Below, one piece after another: positions 46,302 to 56,436 of a DNA stretch of 64,000 bases. The position numbers were made by a program, and so were the translations under genes. The notes under the pieces were generated by a model that was not told the DNA's origin, did no database searches, and saw nothing but the letters and a program-made list of their open reading frames with translations. The stretch's first letter is position 1, and each line of letters begins with the position of its first letter. The stretch is taken from assembly GCA_043810775.1 (NCBI GenBank), contig JBDRNU010000003.1:11778-75777 (forward strand), written 5' to 3'. This DNA is from an archaeon. GTDB lineage: Archaea; Nanobdellota; Nanobdellia; Pacearchaeales; GW2011-AR1.

Positions 46302-46967
46302 ATGGCAGATAGTGAAGAAGAGATTGAAATTATTAGCCCCTCACCAATCGGGAGGCAGTTTGAGCCTTATTTTCCAGAGTTATTTGAACAAGCACTCAGA
46401 AGTGTTCCTGCTATTCCTTATTCTTTTGTAATAAAAATGGCTGCTTATGGAATTGAGCCAGCTCACTTGTTTGATAAAAAAGAAAAGAGACTTGCAGATA
46501 TAGCTAGGTACTGTGAAGAGTGCAGAGAAAATGAGGTTATGAAAAATTCTATTCAAAGATTAGTTTATGAAGACTGGTCAGGCAATATTAGAACTCCTAG
46601 AACTGGAACAGGAAGTATTGTAGATATAGGGGATATTATGAGTGAAGATGAAAGAAAAGCAACTTTAGAAGAACTTGCAAGAACAAGAAAAATACATGTG
46701 TTTGAAATTAGTTCTGAAAATCAAGGGGATAATTCGTATATTAATTTTAGAAATAGCATCTGGCCCCAACTAGATGTAGAAGATTATGAACTATATGAAG
46801 GTGATTTACATATAGGCAGTGAGAAAAAAGCAGGTCATTTAAGCTTTAGAGCTGGAAGAGGATTAAGTTTACGATTAGATTGGAATATAGATCCAGTTTT
46901 GGGAGAAAAACTTATTTACTGGTTTAATGATTTAGCTGATAGCACAAGACAACCAAAATTATTTTAA
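46302..46967 (+). CDS. hypothetical soluble protein
   Basis: 221-aa ORF, convergent with rad50 with a 4-nt overlap. No family recognised. Confidence 0.5.
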   Translation: MADSEEEIEIISPSPIGRQFEPYFPELFEQALRSVPAIPYSFVIKMAAYGIEPAHLFDKKEKRLADIARYCEECRENEVMKNSIQRLVYEDWSGNIRTPRTGTGSIVDIGDIMSEDERKATLEELARTRKIHVFEISSENQGDNSYINFRNSIWPQLDVEDYELYEGDLHIGSEKKAGHLSFRAGRGLSLRLDWNIDPVLGEKLIYWFNDLADSTRQPKLF

Positions 46968-49012
46968 ACTTCAACTTTAGTAATCCCTTCATCTTTTCTG
47001 AATTTAATAATATTTTCAACAAAACCCTCTATTTTTTGCTCGTGGCTTACTAAAATTAGCTGTTTGGCCTTTAGTTCATCAAGAACATCACGTATCTTAT
47101 CAAGCTGCTGTTCTGAAAATCCATCTGTAGGCTCGTCTAAAATAACTAGGTCTTTAGTCTTTATTTTGCTTAGCATTGAATTTATAACCTGATTTAGTGA
47201 GAGTCTGTAAGCAAGAGCTATAGCTGTCCTTTCGCCACCAGATAGGAAGGAATAATCAAGCTGATAGTCCTGCTGTTCAACTATTGGAGTGAAGTCATCA
47301 TCAAGCCTGACTGTAAAATTATCAGAAACCAGCATTGAAAACCACTGGCTAAAAAGCCTAGAAAACTCTTCTCTTAGAGTAATTAAGACATTTTTTTCAG
47401 TGAAGCTAATTAAAAATAAAAATTTGTCAGAAAGCCATTGTTCAAGTTCAATTAGATATAGGAGTTTCTTCTTAGTTTCTTCTTTTTCTTTTATATTTTC
47501 CTCAATTTCAGATAGTGTATTTTTTAAAAGGTCAACTTCTTTTTTAATTTCAGCTAGCTTAACATGTGATTCTCTTTCAACTCTCAAAGCATTACCAAGC
47601 TCTTTTTCTTTTTCTATATAGATATTCTCAAATTTTTGAAGACTTGTAATAGAGTTTTTCAGCAAATCTATATGCTTTATCAACATATCAGTATCTTTTT
47701 CTATTAAAGATAGGTCCTTCTGTATTTTAGAAAGTCTGTCTTCTTTTTCCTTTAGTCTCTCAAATTTAACTTTTAGCAACTTGTAATCATTAATACTTTT
47801 TTCTAATAAAACTAGTTTTTGCTTAGTATTCTCAATTTGTTCTAGAGCTGCTGTTTTCTTCACCTGTAATTCATTAATTTCATTTTTGCTTTGACTTATC
47901 TCAGATTCAAACTTATTTTTAATATTTGCCCTGTATACTGCAGCAACATCCTGAAGGCAGGTTGGACAACGGTCTAGCTTAGTAATTTGGTCTTTGGTAA
48001 TTGTTTTTTCAGCTATGCTTGAGTTTATAGCATTTATTTTACTTTGAACTTCAAGATATTCTTTATTTTTGTCTTCCTTAAGCTTAGATAGATTTTCTTT
48101 TTCTATTTCACCTTCTTTAACTTTATTTTCATCAAATTCAGTTTTCTTTATTTCTGAAATTTCTAAAATAATACTTTCTTTTTCTTTTTCTAAATTAAAC
48201 TTAACTTCTCTCTTACCAGTTATGTGGATTTTAGTTTTTTCAATCTCCTGCTCAAATTTGTTTTTTTGTTTTATTTTCTCATCAATTTGCTCCATTTCTG
48301 CTTCGATTTTCTTAATCTGGGTATGAGCTAAGTCAACTTCTCTTTGGGCGTAAGGGATATTTGCCTCAAGCTTAACAGTCTGCTCCTTTTTTTCAATTAA
48401 ATTGACCTTTAAATTTTCAAGATCAGAAATAATTCCTTCTTTATTCCTTATATTCTCCCTTAACTTAGAAGTCAGTATTGATGTATTTTCCTTTATTCTT
48501 TTGTATTTATCTATTCCAAATATATGCCTAAGAGTATTTAATCTAGATTCAGCATCTTCAAGAATTATTTGCTTCATTTCTTCTTGCGGTGTGTACACTG
48601 TAAATTTATATAAGAGATTTGTTTTTTTTGCGAATTCTTGAGGATAATTTAAAATATTGAGGACTTTATTTTTAATTTCAGTTACTGATGATTCTTCTTT
48701 TTCACCATTTATAGTTATTGCAGCGTAGGACTGGCTTACTGACTTTCCTCGCTTAAGATGTCTTTCTATTTCAATTTTTCTTCCATCAACTTCAATCTCT
48801 AAAAAAACCTGGCCTTCATCTGAGCCATTTCTCAACAGTGAAGCCCCTTTTTGACCTGGCTGAAGACCAAAAAGAGCAAATTCAATTGCAAGAAGAACTG
48901 AGGTCTTACCACTGCCTATGTCTCCTGATAATAGGGAAGACCCTTCTGGGAAATTAACTTCAGCGGTAATGTAGCTTCTTATATTATTTAAGATTACTTT
49001 TTTTATTATCAT
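46964..49012 (-). CDS. rad50: DNA double-strand-break repair ATPase Rad50 (short form)
   Basis: Walker A GDIGSGKTS, long coiled coil with zinc hook CPTC, signature LSGGE, Walker B LVILDEPTDGF. Confidence 0.85.
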   Translation of the reverse strand: MIIKKVILNNIRSYITAEVNFPEGSSLLSGDIGSGKTSVLLAIEFALFGLQPGQKGASLLRNGSDEGQVFLEIEVDGRKIEIERHLKRGKSVSQSYAAITINGEKEESSVTEIKNKVLNILNYPQEFAKKTNLLYKFTVYTPQEEMKQIILEDAESRLNTLRHIFGIDKYKRIKENTSILTSKLRENIRNKEGIISDLENLKVNLIEKKEQTVKLEANIPYAQREVDLAHTQIKKIEAEMEQIDEKIKQKNKFEQEIEKTKIHITGKREVKFNLEKEKESIILEISEIKKTEFDENKVKEGEIEKENLSKLKEDKNKEYLEVQSKINAINSSIAEKTITKDQITKLDRCPTCLQDVAAVYRANIKNKFESEISQSKNEINELQVKKTAALEQIENTKQKLVLLEKSINDYKLLKVKFERLKEKEDRLSKIQKDLSLIEKDTDMLIKHIDLLKNSITSLQKFENIYIEKEKELGNALRVERESHVKLAEIKKEVDLLKNTLSEIEENIKEKEETKKKLLYLIELEQWLSDKFLFLISFTEKNVLITLREEFSRLFSQWFSMLVSDNFTVRLDDDFTPIVEQQDYQLDYSFLSGGERTAIALAYRLSLNQVINSMLSKIKTKDLVILDEPTDGFSEQQLDKIRDVLDELKAKQLILVSHEQKIEGFVENIIKFRKDEGITKVEV

Positions 49013-49136
49013 TGCCTGACAACCTAACGGTTTTGTCAGAAATCTTTAGATTTCTGAGCACTCTCAAAATCTCTCCTAAAGATTTTGAAGTCTTGGCTAA
49101 CTTTCCCTTGATATAGCCTAAATTTAATTTTTATTA
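49013..49136 (-). repeat. structured insert separating mre11 and rad50, flanked by 15-nt direct repeats
   Basis: tttttattatcattg at 49000..49014 and 49128..49142. Three hairpins at 49016..49037, 49036..49057 and 49065..49087. Contains AAGGGAAA and CCGTTAGGTTGT modules like the 40-nt leader. Confidence 0.7.
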
Positions 49137-50294
49137 TCATTGTATGTTAAGAATTCTATTTACTTCTGACATTAATCTATCATTAAAAATAATTGATTTT
49201 TCATCTTCTTGCTTTTCAAGGCTTAGTGAATTAATTAAAGAATCTATTAGAGAGTTAAATTGAGACGGGTTTTCTTCAGAATACTTTTTAAAGATAGTTT
49301 TTTCAAGTTCATCGACGTCATTTGTTTCAACTTCTATTTTGGTTTCTTTTGTCAATAAACCTGAGGTGCTTTTTAACAGAACATAGGCTCCTTTAGACTT
49401 TGCATAGTTTTCTATTTCTATGAAGTTTATATTACTTGTCTTGCCTTTTTTTATTTCTCCAGAAAGTCTTAGTAAAATTATTTTATCTCTTATATTTCTT
49501 TTATTTATTTCTGAGATTATATACTCTGTAGCAATAAGAGTGTTATCAATCTGAAGTTCAATTAATTCAACTTCTTTAAGCTTTAAATCAACCTTCCAAC
49601 AATTAAAAGGATTCGTCTCCACAATATAAAATCCCCCATATTTTAATTCCTCAATTTCCTGAAAATTGTTTGGAAAAATTGGGGATGAGTAAACAATATT
49701 CTTGTTTCGATAGTTTATATGCAAGTGACCTAGTGCATAGTAATCTGCCTTAGGCAGCTTTGTTTCATCAACATATTCTATAGGAAGTCTACCTACAGCA
49801 TCTTTTATTGAGGTATGAAGCATTAAAATTTTAAAAAAACCAGGTGATTCATTTAATTTTATTTTCTTTAATTCCTGAACTTCCAAGCCTGATTTTTTTC
49901 CAGGATAGCCATAAATCGCCGCCTTGTTGTGTATTACAGGATTAAGAATTATTGAATCTTCTTTTTCTTCAGCTAAGTGGACATTTTTACAAAATCCTGC
50001 TTTTTCAAGAACATCAAGAAAGGTTTTTCCTGAAACTGAATAGTCATGACTGCCTGCAATAATAAAACAAGATATCTTGCTTTCTTTTAGTTTTTTTAGA
50101 GTGGAAAATGCTTCCTTGAGTATATCAATAGGGGGGTAGGCTGAATCAAATAAATCACCAGCTATTAAAACAAAGTCTACACCTTCTTTTATACATAAAT
50201 CAATTGCCCTCTTGAAACTCTGTAAATTAAGCTCCTGAAGAGCCGGATAACGCCAAGAACCAAGATGGCAGTCTCCTAAATGAGCAAATTTCAT
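49137..50294 (-). CDS. mre11: DNA repair nuclease Mre11
   Basis: Phosphoesterase motifs GDCHLG, GDLFD, GSHD, LHT and GHLH. Confidence 0.85.
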   Translation of the reverse strand: MKFAHLGDCHLGSWRYPALQELNLQSFKRAIDLCIKEGVDFVLIAGDLFDSAYPPIDILKEAFSTLKKLKESKISCFIIAGSHDYSVSGKTFLDVLEKAGFCKNVHLAEEKEDSIILNPVIHNKAAIYGYPGKKSGLEVQELKKIKLNESPGFFKILMLHTSIKDAVGRLPIEYVDETKLPKADYYALGHLHINYRNKNIVYSSPIFPNNFQEIEELKYGGFYIVETNPFNCWKVDLKLKEVELIELQIDNTLIATEYIISEINKRNIRDKIILLRLSGEIKKGKTSNINFIEIENYAKSKGAYVLLKSTSGLLTKETKIEVETNDVDELEKTIFKKYSEENPSQFNSLIDSLINSLSLEKQEDEKSIIFNDRLMSEVNRILNIQ

Positions 50295-50401
50295 TTTTCC
50301 CTTAATTTAGACAATGAAAAATAAGAAGTATATAAATTTAGTTATAGTCAAGAAAACCATTTCCAGCATAAAGTTTATAAGTTTTAAAGATATAGATATA
50401 T

Positions 50402-51013
50402 ATGGCTAATGAGTCTTTGATAGCTAACTCAGAAATTAGTAGTAGTCTTAATTTAATGGAGTTTATATCAAAGGAATTTATTACTAATTTAATTATAGCT
50501 GTTATTTTGCTTATTTTAGGATTTATTATTGGAAAGATAGTCAAACTTATATTAAAGAAGTTTTTGGAAAGAAGTGGAATTAAGAAAGATTCAAAACACA
50601 ATTTCTATTACTTATTTCTCACAATTATAGAGTGGAGCATATATGTGCTCTTTATTAATTTCGCACTAATTCAGCTGGATATTTCTGCTTTAACTGAGTG
50701 GCTTACATCAATATTATTTGTTATTCCTGCTATAACTGGGGCACTATTATTGATTTCAGTAGGATTTGCAATTGCTACTTATCTTAAAGACCTGATTGAA
50801 GACAGCAAAATTGAGGGATGGGAAGGCCTTTCAAAGATATTTTATTATTTTGTCCTCTATGTATTTATGGTGTTTGCATTTAAAACAGCCTTAATCTCAA
50901 TAAATAGAGATATAGTCAATATATTATTGATTGCTCTAACAATAATTGTTTCTGTGGGAATAGTTATTTCTCACTTTGTAAAAAACTCACATACTAAATT
51001 CCGCAGTAGTTGA
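50402..51013 (+). CDS. membrane protein (4-5 TM)
   Basis: 203-aa hydrophobic ORF. No confident family assignment. Confidence 0.45.
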   Translation: MANESLIANSEISSSLNLMEFISKEFITNLIIAVILLILGFIIGKIVKLILKKFLERSGIKKDSKHNFYYLFLTIIEWSIYVLFINFALIQLDISALTEWLTSILFVIPAITGALLLISVGFAIATYLKDLIEDSKIEGWEGLSKIFYYFVLYVFMVFAFKTALISINRDIVNILLIALTIIVSVGIVISHFVKNSHTKFRSS

Positions 51014-51063
51014 GTTTTTTATCACCTCGAAAATAGGGATTTTATATACTAATTTTCTTAGTT

Positions 51064-51609
51064 TTAAGAAGAAGTGAGAAGCCAAACACAAAGTTCTTCA
51101 AAAAAAAGCTTTTTCTTAGCTAAGAGCTTTTTTTTGTAATCTTGCCAGTTTATCTTACCTGAATAACTAGAAGTAAGCAAGAGAATTTTTCCTTTACTAG
51201 CTAGATGATCGCGAGCTTGATTAAGAAACTTGTTGATTGTCTCGCTTCCAAGCTTACCACCTGTTGTATCTTTTTTATTATCATATTTATCTGCAGGGAG
51301 ATAAGGAGGGTTAAAAATAATTAAATCAAACTTTTCTTTTATATTTTCAAAGAGATTTGACTTAATTATCTTGGATTTTTTGAAATTAGATTTTAAATAA
51401 TTTAATGATTCACTATCAATATCAGATAAGGTTATATTTTCCGGAGATATTCTTGATTTAATGCAGATTTTGGCTTGGACTCCGCTTCCTGAACCAGTAT
51501 CCAGTATTTTAATATCTTTATTTTTTAATTTAGTTAAATATTTAGTTAAAATTTCTGATAGAAAATAAGAGTCTTCATCTGGAGAATACATTTTATATCT
51601 GGATATCAA
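51064..51609 (-). CDS. SAM-dependent methyltransferase, HemK/Mtq2-like (NPPY)
   Basis: Motif I LDTGSGSGV and motif IV IIFNPPY. Confidence 0.7.
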   Translation of the reverse strand: MISRYKMYSPDEDSYFLSEILTKYLTKLKNKDIKILDTGSGSGVQAKICIKSRISPENITLSDIDSESLNYLKSNFKKSKIIKSNLFENIKEKFDLIIFNPPYLPADKYDNKKDTTGGKLGSETINKFLNQARDHLASKGKILLLTSSYSGKINWQDYKKKLLAKKKLFFEELCVWLLTSS

Positions 51610-52111
51610 TTCCTAAGGATTGCAAAATACTTGATATTTTTTCTGGCCAAAAAACAGTAGTTAATAAAGTCAGTAGTAATAAAGTTAAGATTATTGCTAA
51701 AGTAATTATAATTATTAAGCCTTTTTTGCCTTTTTTCTCTTTAGGCATAAAGGGTTGCTTCATCAATAACTGAGGTTGAAATTGCTGGTCAAATGGTGCT
51801 TGAGGAGCTTGCTGTGGAGGCTGCCTATTAATTGGCTGGCGAGCTTGCTGAAAATTAGGATTGGGCTGGCGTGGCTGTTGAGGGAGTTGTCTTGGAATAG
51901 ATTGAGGGGGAGGAGATGATGGAGAAGATTGCTGAGGGGAAGGCTGAGATTGAATTCCCGGATAAGAAGAATATCCCAGGGCAGAAGCTGCTTCTTCTAC
52001 TTCTTGTCTAGCATAACCTGAATTAATAAAGGATTGTTTAGCTAAATCCAAAGAATAACCTCTTTCTATTGCATTTTTTAATCCTTCAACTATTTCTGGA
52101 TGATAAACCAT
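51593..52111 (-). CDS. tail-anchored protein with N-terminal helical GYS motif and Pro/Gln-rich spacer
   Basis: ERGYSLDLAKQSFINSGYARQEVEEA, then a P/Q-rich low-complexity region, then a C-terminal TM. Confidence 0.45.
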   Translation of the reverse strand: MVYHPEIVEGLKNAIERGYSLDLAKQSFINSGYARQEVEEAASALGYSSYPGIQSQPSPQQSSPSSPPPQSIPRQLPQQPRQPNPNFQQARQPINRQPPQQAPQAPFDQQFQPQLLMKQPFMPKEKKGKKGLIIIITLAIILTLLLLTLLTTVFWPEKISSILQSLGIDIQI

Positions 52112-52135
52112 TTTACTAAGATAGAATATTCTTAT

Positions 52136-53470
52136 TTATTTTAAATCTATGTATTGCAAATCTTCCATTATATGGCAGTCTTTTTTTAGCTTATAACCTA
52201 ACTCAGATGCTAGCTCTGCCATTGCTGATAATTTCCTAATATCTCCGTGCGCGGGAATTATATGCTGTGGCTTTACTAGATTGATAAAATCTCTTAAATC
52301 CTCCCTACCAGCGTGTCCTGAAGTGTGAACATTATCAAAAATTCTTACACCTTTACTTTTCAACCTTTTTTCTAATTGTCTCCTGTTTGCTATACTAACT
52401 TCTGTAGGGATAGTTGAAGATGAGAAAATTACATGATCATTTGGGTGAAGATTTATAGGAACTAATCCTCGAGATATTTTGTCAAGCATTGCTCCTGGCT
52501 CTCCCTGATGGCCGGTACATACTAGCAAATACTTGGATCTTTTTTCATTTACTTTTTTAAGTGCTGCCTCTACCTGGCGCCTATAACTAAAAATCTGGAT
52601 ATCATTTTGAAAGGGGCACATTTTTGCACGCTTGGCAGCAGTTACATATTTATTCAAGCTCCTACCTGCAAAAACTATTTTTCTGTTAAGTTGCTTTCCA
52701 AAGTCAACTATACTCTTTAGTCTTGCAATATGGGATGAAAAAGTTGTAACCATAATTCCATTTTCTTTATTATCTGTGGTGAGCATTACTTCTTCAAGCA
52801 GTGTGCGAGCTACTTTTTCACTTGGAGTCTTTCTGTCAGTATCCGCATATAGTGAATCTACTATTAGTGCTTTTACTCCTTCTTTGGCTATTCTTTTTAA
52901 AGCTTCATAATTAGGTTTTTTTCCTAAAACAGGAGTATTATCCAGCTTGAAATCATTTGCATATAATACTACTCCCTCATTTGTATGAAGAGCAATTAAG
53001 CAGGTCTGAATTGTTGAGTGGGTGATATTTAGAAATTCCACCTGATATTTTTTCTTCCCATTAACAGTATATGTAGAGTTTGGCTGGATTGATTTTAGCT
53101 GATTACGCATATGAGCTTTTTCATCATTAAGAATTATTTTTAAAACTTCCATAGTAAATGGCGAGCCAACTATATCTGCATTGAACCTGTTACCAATATA
53201 AGGGATAGCACCTATATGGTCTAGATGAGCGTGTCCCAGCAAGATTGCACGAACCTTGTTTCTTAGGCCTTGCCTGTCTAGAATAGTATCTTGCGGAAGA
53301 GCGCCAATAGTTCTAAGGCTTTTTTCAGTGGGCACTTTCTCTCTTTCTTCTAGCTCTACTATTGGAGGAAGATAAACTCCTGCATCAAAAACTATGACAT
53401 CATCTTTTAGCTGTACTGCAGTCATATTTTTACCTACTTCACTATATCCTCCAATTGTATAAATTCTCAT
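52136..53470 (-). CDS. rnj: archaeal RNase J (beta-CASP metallo-beta-lactamase)
   Basis: GHAHLDHIGA, about 445 aa without KH domains, and C-terminal HTSGH. Confidence 0.8.
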   Translation of the reverse strand: MRIYTIGGYSEVGKNMTAVQLKDDVIVFDAGVYLPPIVELEEREKVPTEKSLRTIGALPQDTILDRQGLRNKVRAILLGHAHLDHIGAIPYIGNRFNADIVGSPFTMEVLKIILNDEKAHMRNQLKSIQPNSTYTVNGKKKYQVEFLNITHSTIQTCLIALHTNEGVVLYANDFKLDNTPVLGKKPNYEALKRIAKEGVKALIVDSLYADTDRKTPSEKVARTLLEEVMLTTDNKENGIMVTTFSSHIARLKSIVDFGKQLNRKIVFAGRSLNKYVTAAKRAKMCPFQNDIQIFSYRRQVEAALKKVNEKRSKYLLVCTGHQGEPGAMLDKISRGLVPINLHPNDHVIFSSSTIPTEVSIANRRQLEKRLKSKGVRIFDNVHTSGHAGREDLRDFINLVKPQHIIPAHGDIRKLSAMAELASELGYKLKKDCHIMEDLQYIDLK

Positions 53471-53673
53471 TGTATTAGTCTCTTTTTATTATAAATTTCT
53501 AGGAAATAAAGCTTAAAAATCTATCTAGAACTAGACAGTGTAATAATATTTAGGCAAGTAGGATATTTAAAATTTTCTATCTAGGAAAGTAAATGGAGTT
53601 AACTTTATAAATAAAGATTACTGATGAAATTTATATATTTCCTTTACTGGAAAGTCTCGTGGTTAAAAATCAG

Positions 53674-53811
53674 TTAACTATCAATATAATCTTCATCCAT
53701 AATGTCATCTTCAGTGAGTTCGTCAGCATCAAGAACTATGTCGCCTTCGTCTACTTCAATATCGCCAATTCGCCTCTTTGAAGAGGATTGAGAAATATCA
53801 GGAAACCTCAT
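53674..53811 (-). CDS. small acidic protein (45 aa; not in ORF track)
   Basis: MRFPDISQSSSKRRIGDIEVDEGDIVLDADELTEDDIMDEDYIDS. A TATA-like CTTTATATAC lies about 27 nt upstream on the minus strand. No family recognised. Confidence 0.3.
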   Translation of the reverse strand: MRFPDISQSSSKRRIGDIEVDEGDIVLDADELTEDDIMDEDYIDS

Positions 53812-53896
53812 AAATTTGAGAAAAAAATATAGTATATAAAGTTAAGGTATATATCGTATATGTAGAATAAAAGTATGAAAATTTAAATTTTCAAAC

Positions 53897-55681
53897 ATGG
53901 CAAGAATACCTCCAAAAAATATAGATTTTAAGTATAATCTTAAGGAATACTTTAAATTTCTTAAGAATTATAAGTGGCTTTTCATAGCTGTCTTAGTAGT
54001 AATTTTAGTAGCTGAAGCTACACTTACTGCGGATAAATTCCTATTCAAAGCGATAATTGATAGGGGTACTGATTTTGCTGCAGGAAATTTAGCAAGAGGA
54101 GAACTTGTAAATATATTGATAATTGTGGCTTTAATTTACTTAGGTATTTTAGGAACTAGAGCTATTATGAGATGGCTGCAGATTCATCTTATAATGCATC
54201 TAGAAGGCAATATGATATATGACTTAAAAAGAAAATATTTTAATCATATTATTCATCTTGACCATAACTTTCATACTACTCATAAAACTGGAAGCTTAAT
54301 TTCAAAATTAAACAGAGGGGCTGCATCAATTGAAAGAATGACTGATTTAATTATTTTTAATGTTGCTCCTTTAATATTCCAATTAATTGTAGTTGGCACA
54401 AGCTTGATTTATTTTTCCTGGCTTTCAGCTGTAGTGTTGATAATTACTTGTGCTGTATTTATTAGCTATTCTGTGTACTTACAGCATATTCAGAAAGATT
54501 CAAGCTTGAAAGCAAATAAAACAGAAGATATAGAAAAAGGACAGATGGCTGATTTTTTCACGAATGTTGATTCAATTAAGTATTTTGGCAAGGAAGAAAA
54601 TGTTAAGAATAATTACAAAAAACTAACTTGGAAAAATAGACTAGCTTGGATAAAGTATAATGCATATTTTAGATGGTGGGATTTGGGGCATACACTAATT
54701 TTAGGTGTAGGTTTATTTTTCTTAATATTATTTCCAATTCTAAGTTTCTTAAATGGAGAAATTTCAGTAGGAACACTGGTGTTTATTTATACTGTTTATG
54801 GAAATTTAGTTGGACCTTTATTCGGGTTTGTTGGAGGAATTAGAAATTACTACAAATCTATGATAGATTTTGAGTATTTATTTAGGTATAATAAAATACA
54901 AAATGAGATTAAAGATAAGTATAATGCAAAAGAGCTTAAAATTAATAGTGGAGAAATTGAGTTTAGAGAGATAAGCTTCAGCTATGGTAAAAGAAAAGTT
55001 ATACCTTATTTTAATCTGAAAATTAAACCAAATGAAAAAATTGCTTTTGTCGGGCATTCTGGGTGCGGGAAGACAACTCTTGTTAAGCTTTTATACAGAT
55101 TTTATGATGTTGATGATGGAGCAATATTAATTGATGGTAAGGATATTCGTGACTTTAAGCAGGAGTCAGTCAGAAGTGAGATGAGTAATGTTCCTCAAGA
55201 GTGTGTTTTATTTGATGACACAATTTATAATAATATTGCTTTTTCAAATCCACGGGCAACTAGAAAAGATGTAATTAGAGCTATGAAGTTTGCTCAGCTA
55301 GATAAAATTATAAGTTATTTCCCAAAAAAAGAAAATACTATTGTTGGGGAGAGAGGTGTTAGATTATCAGGGGGGGAAAAGCAGAGAGTTTCCATAGCTA
55401 GGGCAATACTTGCAAACAAAAAAATACTTGTTCTAGATGAAGCTACTTCTTCGCTGGACTCAGAAACAGAAGCTGAGATTAAGGCTGCATTAGAAAAACT
55501 AATGCAGGGAAGGACAAGCATTATAATTGCCCATAGACTATCAACTATTATGAGAGCTGACAAGATTATAGTAATGAGGGGGGGCAGAATTGTTCAGGTG
55601 GGGAAGCATTCAGAGCTTATTAAGCAAGAAGGAGAGTATAGGAAACTGTGGAACTTGCAGAAGGGAGGATATATTAAATGA
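53897..55681 (+). CDS. ABC exporter, fused permease/ATPase (MsbA-like)
   Basis: Six N-terminal TM helices, Walker A GHSGCGKTT, signature LSGGEKQR, Walker B ILVLDEATS. Confidence 0.85.
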   Translation: MARIPPKNIDFKYNLKEYFKFLKNYKWLFIAVLVVILVAEATLTADKFLFKAIIDRGTDFAAGNLARGELVNILIIVALIYLGILGTRAIMRWLQIHLIMHLEGNMIYDLKRKYFNHIIHLDHNFHTTHKTGSLISKLNRGAASIERMTDLIIFNVAPLIFQLIVVGTSLIYFSWLSAVVLIITCAVFISYSVYLQHIQKDSSLKANKTEDIEKGQMADFFTNVDSIKYFGKEENVKNNYKKLTWKNRLAWIKYNAYFRWWDLGHTLILGVGLFFLILFPILSFLNGEISVGTLVFIYTVYGNLVGPLFGFVGGIRNYYKSMIDFEYLFRYNKIQNEIKDKYNAKELKINSGEIEFREISFSYGKRKVIPYFNLKIKPNEKIAFVGHSGCGKTTLVKLLYRFYDVDDGAILIDGKDIRDFKQESVRSEMSNVPQECVLFDDTIYNNIAFSNPRATRKDVIRAMKFAQLDKIISYFPKKENTIVGERGVRLSGGEKQRVSIARAILANKKILVLDEATSSLDSETEAEIKAALEKLMQGRTSIIIAHRLSTIMRADKIIVMRGGRIVQVGKHSELIKQEGEYRKLWNLQKGGYIK

Positions 55682-56436
55682 ATAGAGAAGGAAAAATAGC
55701 CTACTTAACAATTGATGACGCTCCATCTGATGATTTTAAAGAAAAAGTTGATTTTCTAGCTAGTAAGAAAATTCCAGCAGTATTTTTCTGCGAAGGAGAG
55801 TTTCTTGAAGAAAGTGAAGAAGATATTACTTATGCTATAAAAAAAGGATTTATTATTGGAAACCATGGATATAAAGGGCACCCTTATTTTTCAAATTTAA
55901 CTTTAGAGCAGGCAAAAGAACAAATAAAAAAAGCTGATGAATTAATTGACAAAATGTATGAAAAAGCAGGAATCAGAAGACCTGCAAAATTCTTTAGGTT
56001 CCCGTATGGAGATAAGGGGGGGAATGAAAATAAGCAAGATTATAAAAATGAAAAGCCATTTAGTGAAGAAGGAAGAAAGAAGAAAGAAGAAATCCAGGAA
56101 TTTTTAAGACAATTGGGATATACTCATCCTAAATTTAAAGGAATCACTTACAAATACTTTAAGCCATATTTAGATGATGCTGACTGGTACTGGACTTATG
56201 ATTGCTTTGAATACTCAATTTTTTCAAAAAATCCTTATTTTGGAATAGATAGTATAGATAAGGTGTATGCAAGAATGGATGAAGATGTGCCAGAAGGATG
56301 CAGAGGATTAAATTATCCTGACTCAGAAGAAATAATACTTCTTCATGACCATGATGATACCACTAAATATTTTAAGCTAATAATTGAGAAATTATTAAGC
56401 AAGGGAATTAAATTTAAGCTTCCTGAATTAAGATGA
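55678..56436 (+). CDS. polysaccharide deacetylase (NodB/CE4-like)
   Basis: YLTIDDAPS (TFDDG-type motif), NHGYKGH, RFPYGD. ATGA overlap with the ABC gene. Confidence 0.6.
   Translation: MNREGKIAYLTIDDAPSDDFKEKVDFLASKKIPAVFFCEGEFLEESEEDITYAIKKGFIIGNHGYKGHPYFSNLTLEQAKEQIKKADELIDKMYEKAGIRRPAKFFRFPYGDKGGNENKQDYKNEKPFSEEGRKKKEEIQEFLRQLGYTHPKFKGITYKYFKPYLDDADWYWTYDCFEYSIFSKNPYFGIDSIDKVYARMDEDVPEGCRGLNYPDSEEIILLHDHDDTTKYFKLIIEKLLSKGIKFKLPELR

Noticed and set aside
53620-53676. C/D-box sRNA (CUGAUGA at 53621..53627).
   Set aside because: No D box (CUGA) lies at the expected 3' position, there are no D'/C' boxes with 12-nt guide spacing, and there is no terminal stem.
53471-53896. Replication origin at the minus-to-plus strand switch (long AT-rich gap with repeated boxes).
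   Set aside because: There is no adjacent orc1/cdc6 gene and no recognisable ORB/mini-ORB with a G-string. The repeats are short (9 nt, 2 copies). Skew cannot be assessed from one window. It is kept only as a low-interest regulatory-region observation.
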